A stretch of DNA of 64,000 nucleotides from an uncultured Gammaproteobacteria bacterium. Its GTDB lineage: Bacteria; Patescibacteriota; Patescibacteriia; Magasanikbacterales; GWA2-37-8. Within the stretch, counting starts at the first letter, position 1; the number at the start of each line of letters is the position of its first letter. Shown in pieces: positions 46,630 through 56,417 of the stretch. The translations under genes and the position numbers were made by a program. The stretch covers positions 129,310 to 193,309 of the forward strand of contig CAZEDL010000001.1 of NCBI GenBank assembly GCA_964510885.1, in the 5' to 3' direction. A model generated the notes under the pieces. That model searched no databases. It worked only from the letters and a program-made list of their open reading frames with translations, and was not told the DNA's origin.

Positions 46630-48525
46630 ATGTTTGCCACCGTTGTGTTAGCCCGGCGTACTCCTGCTAAACTTTCCTATCTTACCTATCGAGTCCCGCC
46701 TTCACTTGCAGGTTCAATAGCCCTTCGCCAGCTGGTAGCCGCCCCCTTTGGCAAAAGCCAAGCCTACGGGATAGTTTTCGATTTATCACAGCACGCACCC
46801 ATTCTTCCCAAAAATCAACTGATTAAAGATATTGCAGCTATAATAAACCTAACCCCAGTACTATCCGAAGCACAATCGGATTTTATTAAAGACATCAGCG
46901 ATCTGTATCACACTTCGTTTGGCTGGCTGATTAAAAACACCTTATTTCCACTGCAACCGCGAAAAATAAAACAATTTGCCAGCGTAGCCAATTCAGGTGT
47001 GGTTACCGCAGCAAAAACACCTGCCCCAATCCACTTTTTTTATCACCGCACTCTACCCGAAGCCATCCCCTACCTTGAAAAAAATCTCAACGACGGTGCT
47101 CAAAACTTGCTATTAGTGCCCGAAATAAATCAACTCAAAAAAATTAGCGCCAGCCTGCCGACCTTGCTGTTACGTGAAGCTACAATAATAGATAATCAAA
47201 CTAGCGCTAAAATTTTATATGAAACCTGGTTACGGCTCTGGCGCGGTGAGGCCCTGACAGTAATCGGAACGCGCTCTAGCTTGTTTCTGCCGTGGACCAA
47301 TCTTAGAAACGTCGTCGTACTTGATGAATCAAATCCGAGTTACAAAAGTTTTGAAGCTGCCCCGCGGCTTGAAACTCGTGATGCTGCACGATTTTTAGGG
47401 TGGCACCATGGTGCCACCGTCCATCTACTTAGCCAAGTTCCATCGCTCGAAACCTACCAATTTGCCAGGCAAGGGTTATACCCGAATAATTTATTTACTG
47501 AAAAAGTGCCCGCCGCTACTCCACCGCCCCAGATCGAAATTATCAATCTTAAAGATGAATATTACCGCCGCAATAATACTGCTCTTTCAGAAGCTGCACG
47601 CAAAGCTCTCAGTCAAGTCAAACGTGGCGAGATTGGCCTCTGCTTAGTAAACAAGCGTGGCACCGCTTCATTTATCACCTGTCAGGATTGTGGTTTTGTA
47701 TGGCAGTGCAAAACCTGCCGCCAAAATCTTACCTGGCACGAACAATCTAAAAGCCTGCGCTGTCATTTTTGCAAAACGAACGAACCGCTCCCTGGCAGCT
47801 GCCCCACCTGCCAGGGCACACTCATTAAACTCGGCGGCTCTGGCAGCGAAAAAATTGAACAACTACTCCGCCAAATAACCCGTGAAAATAACGGCACCGT
47901 TGTTCGCATTGATTCTGATTCAAAACATATCGTGCCTACAGTAGACGCGCCGCTCTACTTGGCAGCCACCGCCGCCGCCTGGACCAGCCTCCCCTGGGAA
48001 AAAATTACCACAGTAGTCTTTGTCGACCCCGACACCATGCTACAGATTCCTGAATACCGAATCAGTGAACGCCTCTGGTATTATATTCAAATGGCCCGGC
48101 TTAATATTCCAGCCACCGGGAGATGCTTCGTACAAACCAGACACCCCGAGCAACCTTTTTTCCAGCACCTGAACAATCGAGCCCAATGGTACGCAGAGGA
48201 ACTAAAATCGCGCCGCCGCTTCAAATACCCGCCATACTGGAGCTTATTAAAACTAAGCCTCAGCCGACCGCTTCAAGGCACTATTGCTGGCGAAACAGAG
48301 CGCCTTTACCGACAACTGCGAACATTGACTAGCGGCTCTGAAAACGTTATAGTACTGCCGCCAATTGCCTCTGTAACTAGCGGAAACAGGCCTTCAGCAA
48401 GCCAGATTATAATAATCAAAATCAAACCTGAAGTGTATAAAAAAACCATCAAAAAGCTACTTGCCAGTGTGCCTAATTTTTGGAAAACCGATCTAAACCC
48501 GCACGATCTCCTGAACAGTCTATAA
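46630..48525 (+). CDS. priA: Primosomal protein N' with a degenerate helicase domain
   Basis: LTY..P..V..PFG N-terminus, LLLVPEI, IGTRSSLF.P, four CxxC pairs, R....YPP; no Walker A. Confidence 0.85.
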   Translation: MFATVVLARRTPAKLSYLTYRVPPSLAGSIALRQLVAAPFGKSQAYGIVFDLSQHAPILPKNQLIKDIAAIINLTPVLSEAQSDFIKDISDLYHTSFGWLIKNTLFPLQPRKIKQFASVANSGVVTAAKTPAPIHFFYHRTLPEAIPYLEKNLNDGAQNLLLVPEINQLKKISASLPTLLLREATIIDNQTSAKILYETWLRLWRGEALTVIGTRSSLFLPWTNLRNVVVLDESNPSYKSFEAAPRLETRDAARFLGWHHGATVHLLSQVPSLETYQFARQGLYPNNLFTEKVPAATPPPQIEIINLKDEYYRRNNTALSEAARKALSQVKRGEIGLCLVNKRGTASFITCQDCGFVWQCKTCRQNLTWHEQSKSLRCHFCKTNEPLPGSCPTCQGTLIKLGGSGSEKIEQLLRQITRENNGTVVRIDSDSKHIVPTVDAPLYLAATAAAWTSLPWEKITTVVFVDPDTMLQIPEYRISERLWYYIQMARLNIPATGRCFVQTRHPEQPFFQHLNNRAQWYAEELKSRRRFKYPPYWSLLKLSLSRPLQGTIAGETERLYRQLRTLTSGSENVIVLPPIASVTSGNRPSASQIIIIKIKPEVYKKTIKKLLASVPNFWKTDLNPHDLLNSL

Positions 48526-48535
48526 TAAAATTTTT

Positions 48536-49030
48536 ATGGTATACGATATTGTCTACGAACCACACCCTATTTTACATAACCGGGCTAAAGACTTGACCGC
48601 GTCCGAAATTAATACGCCCGAAATGCAAAAATTTATTAAAGACATGGTAGAGACCATGTATGCCAAAGACGGTGTTGGCCTGGCCGCTGTCCAGATTGGA
48701 ACCTCGATCCAGCTGTGCGTGATTGCCAAAGCCTACAACGAATTGAATCCGAACCAGGACTTGTGTCTGATTAACCCAACCTGGACAAAAGCCTCACGCC
48801 ATACCAATTGGGATGAAGAAGGCTGCTTATCAGTCCCTGGTATTTATGGAAAAATAAAACGCTACTCTAATTTGAATGTCACCGCGCTTGATCACAAAGG
48901 CCGACCGCTCACCTTCCGGGCTGAAGACTTTTTTGCCCGCATCATCCAACATGAATGCGACCATTTAAACGGCACGCTATTTATTGAAAAAGCCAAAGAT
49001 TTACACCGGATCAAAAAACCTACACCCTAA
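48536..49030 (+). CDS. def: Peptide deformylase
   Basis: GVGLAAVQ, EGCLS, QHECDHL. Confidence 0.96.
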   Translation: MVYDIVYEPHPILHNRAKDLTASEINTPEMQKFIKDMVETMYAKDGVGLAAVQIGTSIQLCVIAKAYNELNPNQDLCLINPTWTKASRHTNWDEEGCLSVPGIYGKIKRYSNLNVTALDHKGRPLTFRAEDFFARIIQHECDHLNGTLFIEKAKDLHRIKKPTP

Positions 49031-49036
49031 GCAGAC

Positions 49037-49417
49037 ATGTTTAAGCGCATCCATCACGTCGCGATAATTTGCCAAGACTACGATCGGTCAAAACATTTTT
49101 ATTGCACTATTTTGGGTGCAAAAATACTTCAAGAAAATTACCGTGCTGACCGCAGATCCTACAAGCTTGATTTAATGTTAGCTGACTGCCAAATCGAACT
49201 ATTCTCTTTTCCAAACCCTCCTAAACGCCTCAACAATCCTGAAGCTGCTGGACTTAGACATTTAGCATTTACCGTTGATTCAGTCACTACTGTCAAACAT
49301 ATCCTTGAAGCGTCAAATATTTCCGTTGAACCAATCAGAACCGACCCATATACGCGCAAAAAATTTACTTTTTTCAAAGATCCGGATGGCTTACCTCTCG
49401 AAATATATGAAAGTTAA
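49037..49417 (+). CDS. VOC/glyoxalase family protein (YaeR/GloA2-like)
   Basis: IHHVAII, SYKLDL, GLRHLAF, FFKDPDGLPLEIYE. Confidence 0.92.
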   Translation: MFKRIHHVAIICQDYDRSKHFYCTILGAKILQENYRADRRSYKLDLMLADCQIELFSFPNPPKRLNNPEAAGLRHLAFTVDSVTTVKHILEASNISVEPIRTDPYTRKKFTFFKDPDGLPLEIYES

Positions 49418-50348
49418 TGACACAACTATATCTATCACTTTTTTCGGCACCGACCAATTTGCTGCCGACGTTCTTGCCCCGCTTATCGACAGCGGGCTAT
49501 TTACTTTCAAAGCAATCGTGACTCAGCCTGACCGGCCAATCGGTCGCAGCCGCGAAATCGCTCCGGCGCCAGTTAAAGAACTCGGCCGAACCCATAATAT
49601 CCCTGTAATACAGCCGCCTACCTTGAAATCTCCAGAGACAATTGCCAGTATTCCACCGGCAGATTTATTTTTAGTGTTTCATTACGGACTTATTATCCCG
49701 CCAGAATTATTAAGCATTCCTAAGTACGGCACCCTGAATCTTCACCCGTCAAAACTCCCAAGCTTCCGCGGCGCATCACCAATTCGGAGCGCGCTTATCA
49801 ATGGCGACACTGAAACGGCAGTAACAGTGATGCTAATGGATGACAAAATGGACCACGGCCCGATACTAGCCACCGAGATAATTGCGATTGATCCTGATGA
49901 TACCAATGATTCTCTGACTACCAAAATAACTCCGCGCGGCAGCGCACTACTATTAAAAACAATTCCGCGCTGGGTAAATGGCGACATCAGGCCGGAGCCT
50001 CAGAATCACGCCGCCGCTACTTTTTGTACTCTAGTATCCCGTGATGATGGCCAAATACAGTGGCACACTTCGGCAGCCACGATCTACAACCTATTCCGCG
50101 GGCTCAGTCCCTGGCCTGGAATCTGGACAGAACTCCAGGGTAAACGTCTCAAACTATTAATTATCTCTCCGGCTGTAACCACACAATCAGCCGCGCCAGG
50201 TACTATAATAGCTGAAAGTAACCGGCTATATATTGCAACTGGCCAAGGAGTTATTGAAGTAATTAGTCTGCAATTGGAAGGTAAAAAAGCGATGACGGCC
50301 AACCAATTCTTAAATGGGTATAAACACCTTATCGGAACTACCCTGTGA
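49407..50348 (+). CDS. fmt: Methionyl-tRNA formyltransferase
   Basis: FFGT..F, VTQPDRP.GR, NLHPSKLP.FRGASP, MDHGP; start taken at ATG 49407. Confidence 0.95.
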   Translation: MKVNDTTISITFFGTDQFAADVLAPLIDSGLFTFKAIVTQPDRPIGRSREIAPAPVKELGRTHNIPVIQPPTLKSPETIASIPPADLFLVFHYGLIIPPELLSIPKYGTLNLHPSKLPSFRGASPIRSALINGDTETAVTVMLMDDKMDHGPILATEIIAIDPDDTNDSLTTKITPRGSALLLKTIPRWVNGDIRPEPQNHAAATFCTLVSRDDGQIQWHTSAATIYNLFRGLSPWPGIWTELQGKRLKLLIISPAVTTQSAAPGTIIAESNRLYIATGQGVIEVISLQLEGKKAMTANQFLNGYKHLIGTTL

Positions 50349-51805
50349 AACATACCACAAGGCAGATCATCTGGTTTACTGGCGTCTACACCCTACTACG
50401 GGTTATTTCTTTTATTTTTCCTCCGGCTACTCCACTGCACGAAGCTTCGCTTTTTAACAGCATCTTCAGCGGCCTTATTTTAACTATCGTCGCTTACTGG
50501 TTAATTAAAAAAAATCCCGTGGGCTGGTATATTGTTGCTGGCGAACTATTTCTCGGCGGAACTGGAAACTTTTTTAGTTTTTTTGGCCTATCGCTCAGGA
50601 CTGCGCTGCTCCTCGTGTCGCTAGCTATATTTTTTGCTTGGCAATCGCCACCGCGAACCTGGAAAGAACTCATTTTTACTAATCAAACCGCCAGTGTAAT
50701 TATTATAATGGTTGCAACTGTGGCCAGCTTATCGGCAATTCGAGGCTATACCTTCGATCACCCATTGGCACTAATACGCGCCGACAGCATTCCCTATCTA
50801 TTCTTTTTATACTACTTTCCCCTGCGGAGTCTGATTAAAGACAGTGAGTATAAAGCTGAATTTTTATCAGTGTCACAATCGCTTATTATCGCTGCGGTTA
50901 TCGGCAGCGCTCTGTTCATGGGCACAACCTTCGCTCTGTATTCCAGTCACTTCTTAGTGCTGCAAGATACCTACTACCATTGGTTTCGCGATGTTGCGAA
51001 CGGAAAAATCACCGCCCTCCCATTTAATTTTTTCCGCATTGTACTCAATGAGCAACTACTGCTTATCCCTCTTATTCTAGTCGCCACTGATAGCTTAATT
51101 AAGCGACAGGCATTATTTTCGAGCATAACAAAGTGGCGACATTATATTCTTATTGGCGCCTTACTCGGTATCTTAGCTATCAACATCACGCGCATTTATC
51201 TTATCGCCTGGGTTATCGGTTTAGCTTTTCTCATTTCCAAACGGTTTTTTAAGCGCTGGCTGACTATTTCCGCGTTGAGCGGTGTGGCGTTTCTAACCAT
51301 CTTTACTACTATCCATACGATATCTAGCCGAGGCACGAGCCTTGGGCTTGAGCTCTTTGGGCTACGCCTGCAGAGCATTGTTAGCCCAGCGATTGAAGAT
51401 AGTTCGCTCAGCCGCACCCTACTACTGCCCAAAATCATAGCTAAAATAAAATCACATCCGATACTGGGCAATGGGTTAGCTGATACGGTCACAGTCTATA
51501 GCCCGGGAGTAAAACGCGATATCACCACCCCCCAATTTGATTGGGGCTGGCTTGAGATCTGGGCTGAGCTCGGAATCATTGGCCTGCTCGCCTGGGCGCT
51601 ATCGTGTGGGCTCCTGCTGCTACGTATGTTGCAAAGCCAGGCCCCGAGCTGGCAGGCAGCCAGTTTAGTTGCCCTTGGCGCCTGCACCATTACTGCTCCC
51701 GTTATATTTCATGTACTTGGCATTGTCTGGTTAGTCATACTGCTCAGCACCCTTAATCTTTCTTCACCAAACCCGGCTACTGCCAAAAATTCTTTTGACA
51801 GCTGA
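50345..51805 (+). CDS. O-antigen ligase/polymerase (Wzy_C) family membrane protein
   Basis: About 12 TM helices, TR motif, SR..L....I..HPILGNG, ELGIIG. Confidence 0.75.
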   Translation: MKHTTRQIIWFTGVYTLLRVISFIFPPATPLHEASLFNSIFSGLILTIVAYWLIKKNPVGWYIVAGELFLGGTGNFFSFFGLSLRTALLLVSLAIFFAWQSPPRTWKELIFTNQTASVIIIMVATVASLSAIRGYTFDHPLALIRADSIPYLFFLYYFPLRSLIKDSEYKAEFLSVSQSLIIAAVIGSALFMGTTFALYSSHFLVLQDTYYHWFRDVANGKITALPFNFFRIVLNEQLLLIPLILVATDSLIKRQALFSSITKWRHYILIGALLGILAINITRIYLIAWVIGLAFLISKRFFKRWLTISALSGVAFLTIFTTIHTISSRGTSLGLELFGLRLQSIVSPAIEDSSLSRTLLLPKIIAKIKSHPILGNGLADTVTVYSPGVKRDITTPQFDWGWLEIWAELGIIGLLAWALSCGLLLLRMLQSQAPSWQAASLVALGACTITAPVIFHVLGIVWLVILLSTLNLSSPNPATAKNSFDS

Positions 51806-51806
51806 T

Positions 51807-52601
51807 ATGACGGGAAAATATAGTCAATTATTTAAGAATTGGTTGCAGCGTTTATTGGCCTACCGCGTCCGGATTATCATCTGGCTAATACGCGATGTCG
51901 CCATGTTTATTATTTTTCCTTTCATCTGGCTCGCCATCTACGGCGACCGGCCCGAGATTGGCAGCTTTTCGAAAGCCAACATAGTCACCTACTACGTGGT
52001 GGTCGCTTTTATCAACACGGTCGTAACCTCACATATCGGCGATGTTATTAAAAAAGATATCGTCCGTGGCGAATTAAACACCCTGCTACTTCGCCCGATG
52101 CCCTATGTATTTTATCATTCAATTCACGAAATAGCCTACCGCGTCTATGGCTTACTTGCAGCCACCCTCACTTCAAGCGTGCTATTGTTCGCTCTGCCCG
52201 GGTGGATTTCTTTCCCCACCCCTCTAAACAGTTTATTTTTTATAATTTCACTCGTGCTTGCCTTTGTAATTTCGCAAACCCTCCAGACTCTGATCGGGCT
52301 GGCGGCTTTTTGGCTCGGCGAAAACAGTTCACTTAATAATACGACAACTCTGTTACAGATGATCTGCGGTGGAGAAATCGCCCCGCTAAGCTTTTTCTCC
52401 CCACTCGTACAACTGATCGCCGCCTGGCTCCCCTTCAAATATCTGATCTATGTACCCGCTCAAATTTACCTGAACCAACTAAGTCCCACTGAAATTGGCC
52501 GACATTTTCTGTTGACGGCTGTTTGGATCATTTTACTCAGCTTGTTTACTCGCTTCTGTTGGCAACGAGGCGTTCGCACATATGATGGCTCTGGTATATG
52601 A
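51807..52601 (+). CDS. ABC-2 family transporter permease
   Basis: GELNTLLLRP, GLAAFW, LPFKYLIYVP. Confidence 0.88.
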   Translation: MTGKYSQLFKNWLQRLLAYRVRIIIWLIRDVAMFIIFPFIWLAIYGDRPEIGSFSKANIVTYYVVVAFINTVVTSHIGDVIKKDIVRGELNTLLLRPMPYVFYHSIHEIAYRVYGLLAATLTSSVLLFALPGWISFPTPLNSLFFIISLVLAFVISQTLQTLIGLAAFWLGENSSLNNTTTLLQMICGGEIAPLSFFSPLVQLIAAWLPFKYLIYVPAQIYLNQLSPTEIGRHFLLTAVWIILLSLFTRFCWQRGVRTYDGSGI

Positions 52602-53389
52602 TCAAAAAATATTTCACACTCTATCGTCTGTTTTTTAATAACGCCCTGTCGCTCGAAGCACAATACCGCGTTGATACCTGGCTAAAATTGATTACGAATA
52701 TCATTTGGATCATAACGCTATTTGCCATTATTGAAGTAGTCTTCAACCATACCAGTGCATTATTAGGCTGGAGCAAAGCCGAGGTCTATATTCTCACCAT
52801 GCTGTGGGTGCTGCTTGATGAATTATTCATTACGCTGTTTCGAGAAAACTTCTATGATTTTTCTCTTTTGACCGCCGAAGGCCAACTTGATTTTTACCTG
52901 ACTAAGCCAGTAAACACCCTCTTTTTGGTCACCACCAAGCGGATCTTGGCTCGAGCCGGATACCGTTTTATCATGCAGATAGCAGTTCTCCTGTACGTAC
53001 TCTGGAATTTTGACATCACCATCAGGATCTCATTTATCCCCTTATTTATCTTGTTATTAATCATCGGACTTATCATTCAATACAGCTATTCCTTATTTTT
53101 TAATATCTTTAGTTTCTGGTACCTCAGGATTGAAAATATTAACGAACTGATCGGAGCGCTATCTATGTCCGGGCGGTATCCGCTTAGTATTCTGCCGAAA
53201 ACACTAAAAATTATTACCTTTAGTGCTATCCCGATCGCCTTCTCTGCCTATGTGCCCCTGGCCGTATTACTCGGTAAAATGCCCTGGACGGTTACGTTCC
53301 TCGCTCTTGGCGTCGCGCTCAGTTTCTTTGGTCTGAGTGTATCTTTTTGGAACTATGCGGTCCGCCAGTATTCGAGCGCTTCAAGTTAA
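52598..53389 (+). CDS. ABC-2 family transporter permease
   Basis: GW, GQLDFYLTKPV, RYPLSI, YSSASS. Confidence 0.88.
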   Translation: MIKKYFTLYRLFFNNALSLEAQYRVDTWLKLITNIIWIITLFAIIEVVFNHTSALLGWSKAEVYILTMLWVLLDELFITLFRENFYDFSLLTAEGQLDFYLTKPVNTLFLVTTKRILARAGYRFIMQIAVLLYVLWNFDITIRISFIPLFILLLIIGLIIQYSYSLFFNIFSFWYLRIENINELIGALSMSGRYPLSILPKTLKIITFSAIPIAFSAYVPLAVLLGKMPWTVTFLALGVALSFFGLSVSFWNYAVRQYSSASS

Positions 53390-53411
53390 TTACTATGAGC
53401 AATCTCAAACT

Positions 53412-53514
53412 TGTCATTCCCGCGCAGCAGCGGGAATGCATTCGCTCATTTTATGAGTAAAGTGTGCATTCCTGATCCTGGTCAGGAATGACACGGATTG
53501 ATTTTGAAATGAGT
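53412..53514. repeat. REP-like palindrome doublet inside the ABC transporter operon
   Basis: tgtcattcccgc..gcgggaatgca followed by the inverted unit tgcattcctgatcctggtcaggaatgaca. Confidence 0.8.
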
Positions 53515-53558
53515 TAAATGACACGAATTAATTTTGACAAGAATTCTATACACACATT

Positions 53559-54572
53559 ATGTCTACCCCGATAATCACCCTCACCGACCTCAGCAAGACC
53601 TATGAATACTACAAAAAAGAACCAGGCCTCATGAGCTCTTTAAAAAGCTTGGTGTACCGAAAAAAATTATATGCCGAAGCCGTAAAGAAAATTAATCTGA
53701 ATATTCAACCCGGTGAATTGATCGGATTTCTGGGGCCAAACGGTGCTGGTAAAACGACCACCCTCAAAATGCTCTCGGGGATTATTCATCCTACCAGCGG
53801 GTCTGCCAGCGTGCTCGGGTATACGCCGTGGCAGCGCCAAGCCGACTTTCAAAAGCAATTCGCCTTGGTGATGGGGCAGAAAAATCAGCTGTGGTGGGAT
53901 TTGCCAGCGATGGAAAGTTTTTTATTAAACAAAGCTATCTACGAAATTACCGATTCTGCCTTTAGTGCTACCCTGCAGGAATTAGCAACCATCCTTGATA
54001 TTAACGACATCCTACATATACCGGTCAGGAAATTATCCCTCGGCCAGCGCATGAAATGTGAGCTGACCGGAGCCTTATTACATTCACCGCAAGTATTATT
54101 CCTTGATGAGCCTACCATTGGGCTTGATGTGGTGTCGCAAAAAAATATTCGGGAATTTCTAAAAAAATATAACCGCCAAAAAAATATCACGATTATCCTG
54201 ACGTCACACTACATGGAAGATGTAGAAGCGCTCTGTGAACGAGTCGTGATCATTAATCACGGCAGCCTTATCTATGACGGCGCCCTAGCGAGCCTCCTCA
54301 CAACCTATGCCAACCAAAAAATACTGGAGGTAACATTTACTCTGCCCATTCCTGAAACAGACCTGTCAGCTTTCGGCCGTATTCAAGAATATGCACCGAG
54401 CCGGGTTGTGCTTGAAGTGCCAACTGAAAAAAGTAAAGATGTAGCTATCACCCTCCTACGCGACTTCCCAGTCGATGATATTCTAATCAATGAAATTGCC
54501 GTTGATGAAGTAGTCCGCAATATTTTTCTCGCCCCTCCGGCGGTTGCCCAAGCTACCAGCGGTCTTAAGTAA
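53559..54572 (+). CDS. ABC transporter ATP-binding protein
   Basis: GPNGAGKTT, LSLGQRM, LDEPTIGLD, SH. Confidence 0.93.
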   Translation: MSTPIITLTDLSKTYEYYKKEPGLMSSLKSLVYRKKLYAEAVKKINLNIQPGELIGFLGPNGAGKTTTLKMLSGIIHPTSGSASVLGYTPWQRQADFQKQFALVMGQKNQLWWDLPAMESFLLNKAIYEITDSAFSATLQELATILDINDILHIPVRKLSLGQRMKCELTGALLHSPQVLFLDEPTIGLDVVSQKNIREFLKKYNRQKNITIILTSHYMEDVEALCERVVIINHGSLIYDGALASLLTTYANQKILEVTFTLPIPETDLSAFGRIQEYAPSRVVLEVPTEKSKDVAITLLRDFPVDDILINEIAVDEVVRNIFLAPPAVAQATSGLK

Positions 54573-55287
54573 TTAACCCATGCTTTTTGAGCACTACCTG
54601 GCGAGCCCGTTCATAATCCGCCACGTGTTTATTCTTTAGCGGCAAAGCATACACAAATGAAGGCAGCCAGTTACTGATATGTAACCCCTTACGACCGGCT
54701 GTTTCTTTGGTAAACAATACTTCTGGCACAAATATGCCGATTTTATCCTCTTCAAACATAGTCAACCACAGATCCCAATCCTGAAACCGTTTTAAAGACT
54801 CATCAAAACCAGAAAAATCCTGACGTCTGATAAGCGAGGTAGTATCAATATAATTATAACGCTGCAAGTCAGCTGCTACAAACGGCTGTGAGCGCATTTT
54901 TTTCCAACCAAATTTAAACTGACTATAGGCATAACTGGCCGCTTGGTTCATCTGGAGGGCTGCATACATCTTCTCAATCATACTTACCTCGGCAATGGTA
55001 TCGGCATCCCAAAAAAGCACATACTGACCCGTAGATTCTGTGAATCCCCGGTTACGAGCTGCCGGCGCACCCTTATTTTCCTGCCTAATAAATAGGGCTT
55101 CTATATCGGCCTGTTGTGCTTTAATTTTTAAAGGCTCTGCCAGTGCTTGAAAATTATCTGTGCTGCCATCATTAACAAAAACAACCTGCAGCGGACGGTA
55201 GGTTTGACCAATCAGTGATTGAACAGAGCGCTCGATGGTAGCCGCATGATTATATACTGGTATTATAACACTAATTAAGGCATTCAT
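54565..55287 (-). CDS. Glycosyltransferase family 2
   Basis: ISVIIPVYN, VNDGSTD, DAD, QDWDLW. Confidence 0.92.
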   Translation of the reverse strand: MNALISVIIPVYNHAATIERSVQSLIGQTYRPLQVVFVNDGSTDNFQALAEPLKIKAQQADIEALFIRQENKGAPAARNRGFTESTGQYVLFWDADTIAEVSMIEKMYAALQMNQAASYAYSQFKFGWKKMRSQPFVAADLQRYNYIDTTSLIRRQDFSGFDESLKRFQDWDLWLTMFEEDKIGIFVPEVLFTKETAGRKGLHISNWLPSFVYALPLKNKHVADYERARQVVLKKHGLIT

Positions 55288-55289
55288 AA

Positions 55290-56417
55290 CTAATTATTGG
55301 CCAGCTCAATCTTTTTTAATTGCCTTTCCCAGTTGAATTCAGAGAGCACCCGCTGCTTCCCGGCTGCCCCAAGTTGTTTGGCATACTCTGGGTTGAGTAG
55401 TAGTCCCGTGATCGCCTCAACCACCGCTGGCTTTTGGTTTACATCTACAATGAAACCAGTGACAAGGTGTTCAACCGCCTCAGCCGTGCCGCCAGCCCGA
55501 CCAGCCACACTCGGCAAGCCAAGCGCCGCTGCTTCGAGAAATACCGTACCAAAACCTTCTTCGGTAAATTCATCGGGGTGGGATAACAGGACAAACAGAT
55601 CGGCCAATGAATAATAAACCGGCAGATCATCCGGTGGGACCGCCCCAAGAAACCTCACAACATTTTGCAGTGACCCTTCGGTAATCTGCTTAATGATTTC
55701 GCCTTTCTTCGGCCCATCACCCAAAATCAACCAGACTAAATTAGGTATTTTTTCTAATAAATTCGGCAGGATAGTTATCATATGCGGGAATCCTTTGCCT
55801 TCGGCCAAGCGCCCGACAGTGATAATGACTTTTTTGCCGTTCAAAGCTAATTGCGCCCGGAGCGATGCTTGCCGAGTCTCGGCAACTGGTTTAAAAAACT
55901 GCTCGCCGGGGCACGGGTACGACACCATAATCGGCACTCCGGCCGGAACTAAATCTTTTACTTTGCTCTCTAAAAATAAACTGTTAACCACTATCCGGTC
56001 GGCTTCAGCCAATATCTTTTGAAGGAATGCTCGTTTAAGCTTCGTTCTGGTAGCCAATTGAATATCAGTGCCATGTAAAAAAACCGTATACGGAATGCCA
56101 AGTAATTTTTTAATTAAAAAAGCCACATATCCCACCGGCAAGACATGATGCACCTGCACATGAGTAATTTGCTCTCGTTTAATAAGCAAAAACACCTGCC
56201 AAAACAGACGCACCCAATGTGGCCACCACCAAAAAAAATATGGGTTTTTGCGATATACTTTCCACAGATGGCCATCGTCAACCATTTTAGAATCGGGAGC
56301 TGGCGGCGCATATACCACCACATCATCCGGCAAGAGATGGGCTGCAAAATTCAGCACATACGAGGCAATGCCGCCAGTCTGCGGCGGATATTCTAACGTA
56401 ATAATAAGTAATTTCAT
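55290..56417 (-). CDS. Glycosyltransferase family 4
   Basis: PPQTGG, VGRLAEGKG, EGFGTVFLEA. Confidence 0.92.
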   Translation of the reverse strand: MKLLIITLEYPPQTGGIASYVLNFAAHLLPDDVVVYAPPAPDSKMVDDGHLWKVYRKNPYFFWWWPHWVRLFWQVFLLIKREQITHVQVHHVLPVGYVAFLIKKLLGIPYTVFLHGTDIQLATRTKLKRAFLQKILAEADRIVVNSLFLESKVKDLVPAGVPIMVSYPCPGEQFFKPVAETRQASLRAQLALNGKKVIITVGRLAEGKGFPHMITILPNLLEKIPNLVWLILGDGPKKGEIIKQITEGSLQNVVRFLGAVPPDDLPVYYSLADLFVLLSHPDEFTEEGFGTVFLEAAALGLPSVAGRAGGTAEAVEHLVTGFIVDVNQKPAVVEAITGLLLNPEYAKQLGAAGKQRVLSEFNWERQLKKIELANN

